A stretch of 64,000 nt of DNA from assembly GCF_030028105.1 (NCBI RefSeq), contig NC_092379.1, forward strand, positions 26,095,821 to 26,159,820. Reading direction: 5' to 3'. This DNA comes from Mobula birostris. Taxonomy: Eukaryota. Position 1 is the stretch's first letter. Every line of letters begins with the position of its first letter. Shown one piece after another: positions 62,841 through 64,000 of the stretch. Below the pieces are notes generated by a model, which was not told where the DNA came from, searched no databases, and worked only from the letters and a program-made list of their open reading frames with translations. A program made the position numbers and the translations under genes.

Positions 62841-64000
62841 GAAACGGTTAACAAGATAAGAGCCCATGGAATTACGGGGAAGTTATATACGTGGAGAGAG
62901 CGTTGGCTGATTGGCAGGAAACAGAGAGTGGGAATAAAGGGATCCTATCCTGGTTGGCTGCCGGTTACCAGTGGTGTTCCACAGGGGTCCGTGTTGGGGC
63001 TGTTTTTTTTTTTTTTTTTTTTTACATTGTACATCAACGATTTGGATTATGGCATAGATGTCTTTGTGGCTAAGTTTGCTGACAATACGAAGGTAGGCGG
63101 AGGGGCCGGTAGTGCTGAAGAAACGGAGAGCCTGCAGAGAGACTTGGATGGATTGGAAAAATGGGCAGAGACGTGGCAAATGAAGTACAATGTTGGAAAG
63201 TTACGCACTTTGGTAGAAAAAAAATAAATAAACGGGCAAATTATTATTTAAATGGGGAAAGAATTCAAAATTCGTAGATGCAACGGGACTTGGGAGCCTC
63301 GTACAGGATACCCTTAAAGTTAACCTCCAGGTTGAGTCAGTAGTGAAGAAGGTGAATGCAAATTGGCATATATTTCTCGAGGAATAGAGTATAGGAGCAG
63401 GGATGTGATATTGAGGCTCTATAAGGCGCTGGTGAGACCTCACTTGGAGTACTGTGGGCAGTTTTGGTCTCCTTATTTAAGAAAGGATGTGCTGACCTTG
63501 GAGAGGGTAAGGAGATGATTCACTAGAATGATTCCCGGAATGAGAGGGTTAACAGATGAGGAACGTTTGTCCGCTCTTTGACCGTATTCCTTGGAGTTTA
63601 GAAGAATGAGGGGAGACCTCATAGAAACATTTAGAATATTGAAAGGCATGGTCAGAGTGGATGTGGCAAGTTGTTTCCCATTATGGGGGAGTCTGGTACG
63701 AGAGGGCATGACTTAAGGATTAAAGGACGCTCATTCAGAACAGAAATGCGGAGAATATTTTTAGTCAGAAGGTGGTGAATTTATGGAATTTGTTGCCACG
63801 GGCAGCAGTGGAGGCCAAGTCATTGGGTGTATTTAAGGCAGAGATTGATAGGTATCTGAGTAGCCAGGGCATCAAAGGCTATGGTCAGAAGGCGGGAGAG
63901 TGTGAATAAATGGGGGAGTGGATCAGCTCATGATAAAATGGCGGAGCAGACTCGATGGGCCGAATGGCCGACATCTGTTCGTTTGTCTTATGGTTTTATG
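62841..64000 (+). mobile_element. Younger 5'-truncated CR1 (RT to 3' tail), same subfamily as 23575-24950
   Basis: NKIRAHGITGKLYTW...GVPQGSVLG...KFADNTK; ends gtcttatggttttatg. Confidence 0.92.

Overview
Eukaryotic vertebrate genomic DNA, by repeat style probably a cartilaginous fish (shark/ray; inference), roughly 85-90% decayed and nested transposons: many CR1 LINEs with SGNH-esterase ORF1, Rex1/Babar-like LINEs, one near full-length RTE LINE, Gypsy LTR elements with PNMA-like Gag, a Tc1 transposon, Penelope relics and a tRNA-derived SINE. The only well-supported host gene is absent from the ORF track: a T-cell receptor alpha/delta-type V gene segment on the minus strand (46-nt leader exon 50955-51000, 94-nt intron, V exon 50554-50860, canonical 23-bp-spacer RSS 50515-50553). 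It is intact except for one in-frame TAG just before the conserved WYRQ motif. An old direct segmental duplication (~12545-15553 vs ~30830-33312) and a few very degenerate minus-strand V-like traces are consistent with a TE-inflated antigen-receptor V cluster. No J, D or C segments were found, and I see no evidence for a wholly new biological system. TE boundaries were read by eye and are approximate.
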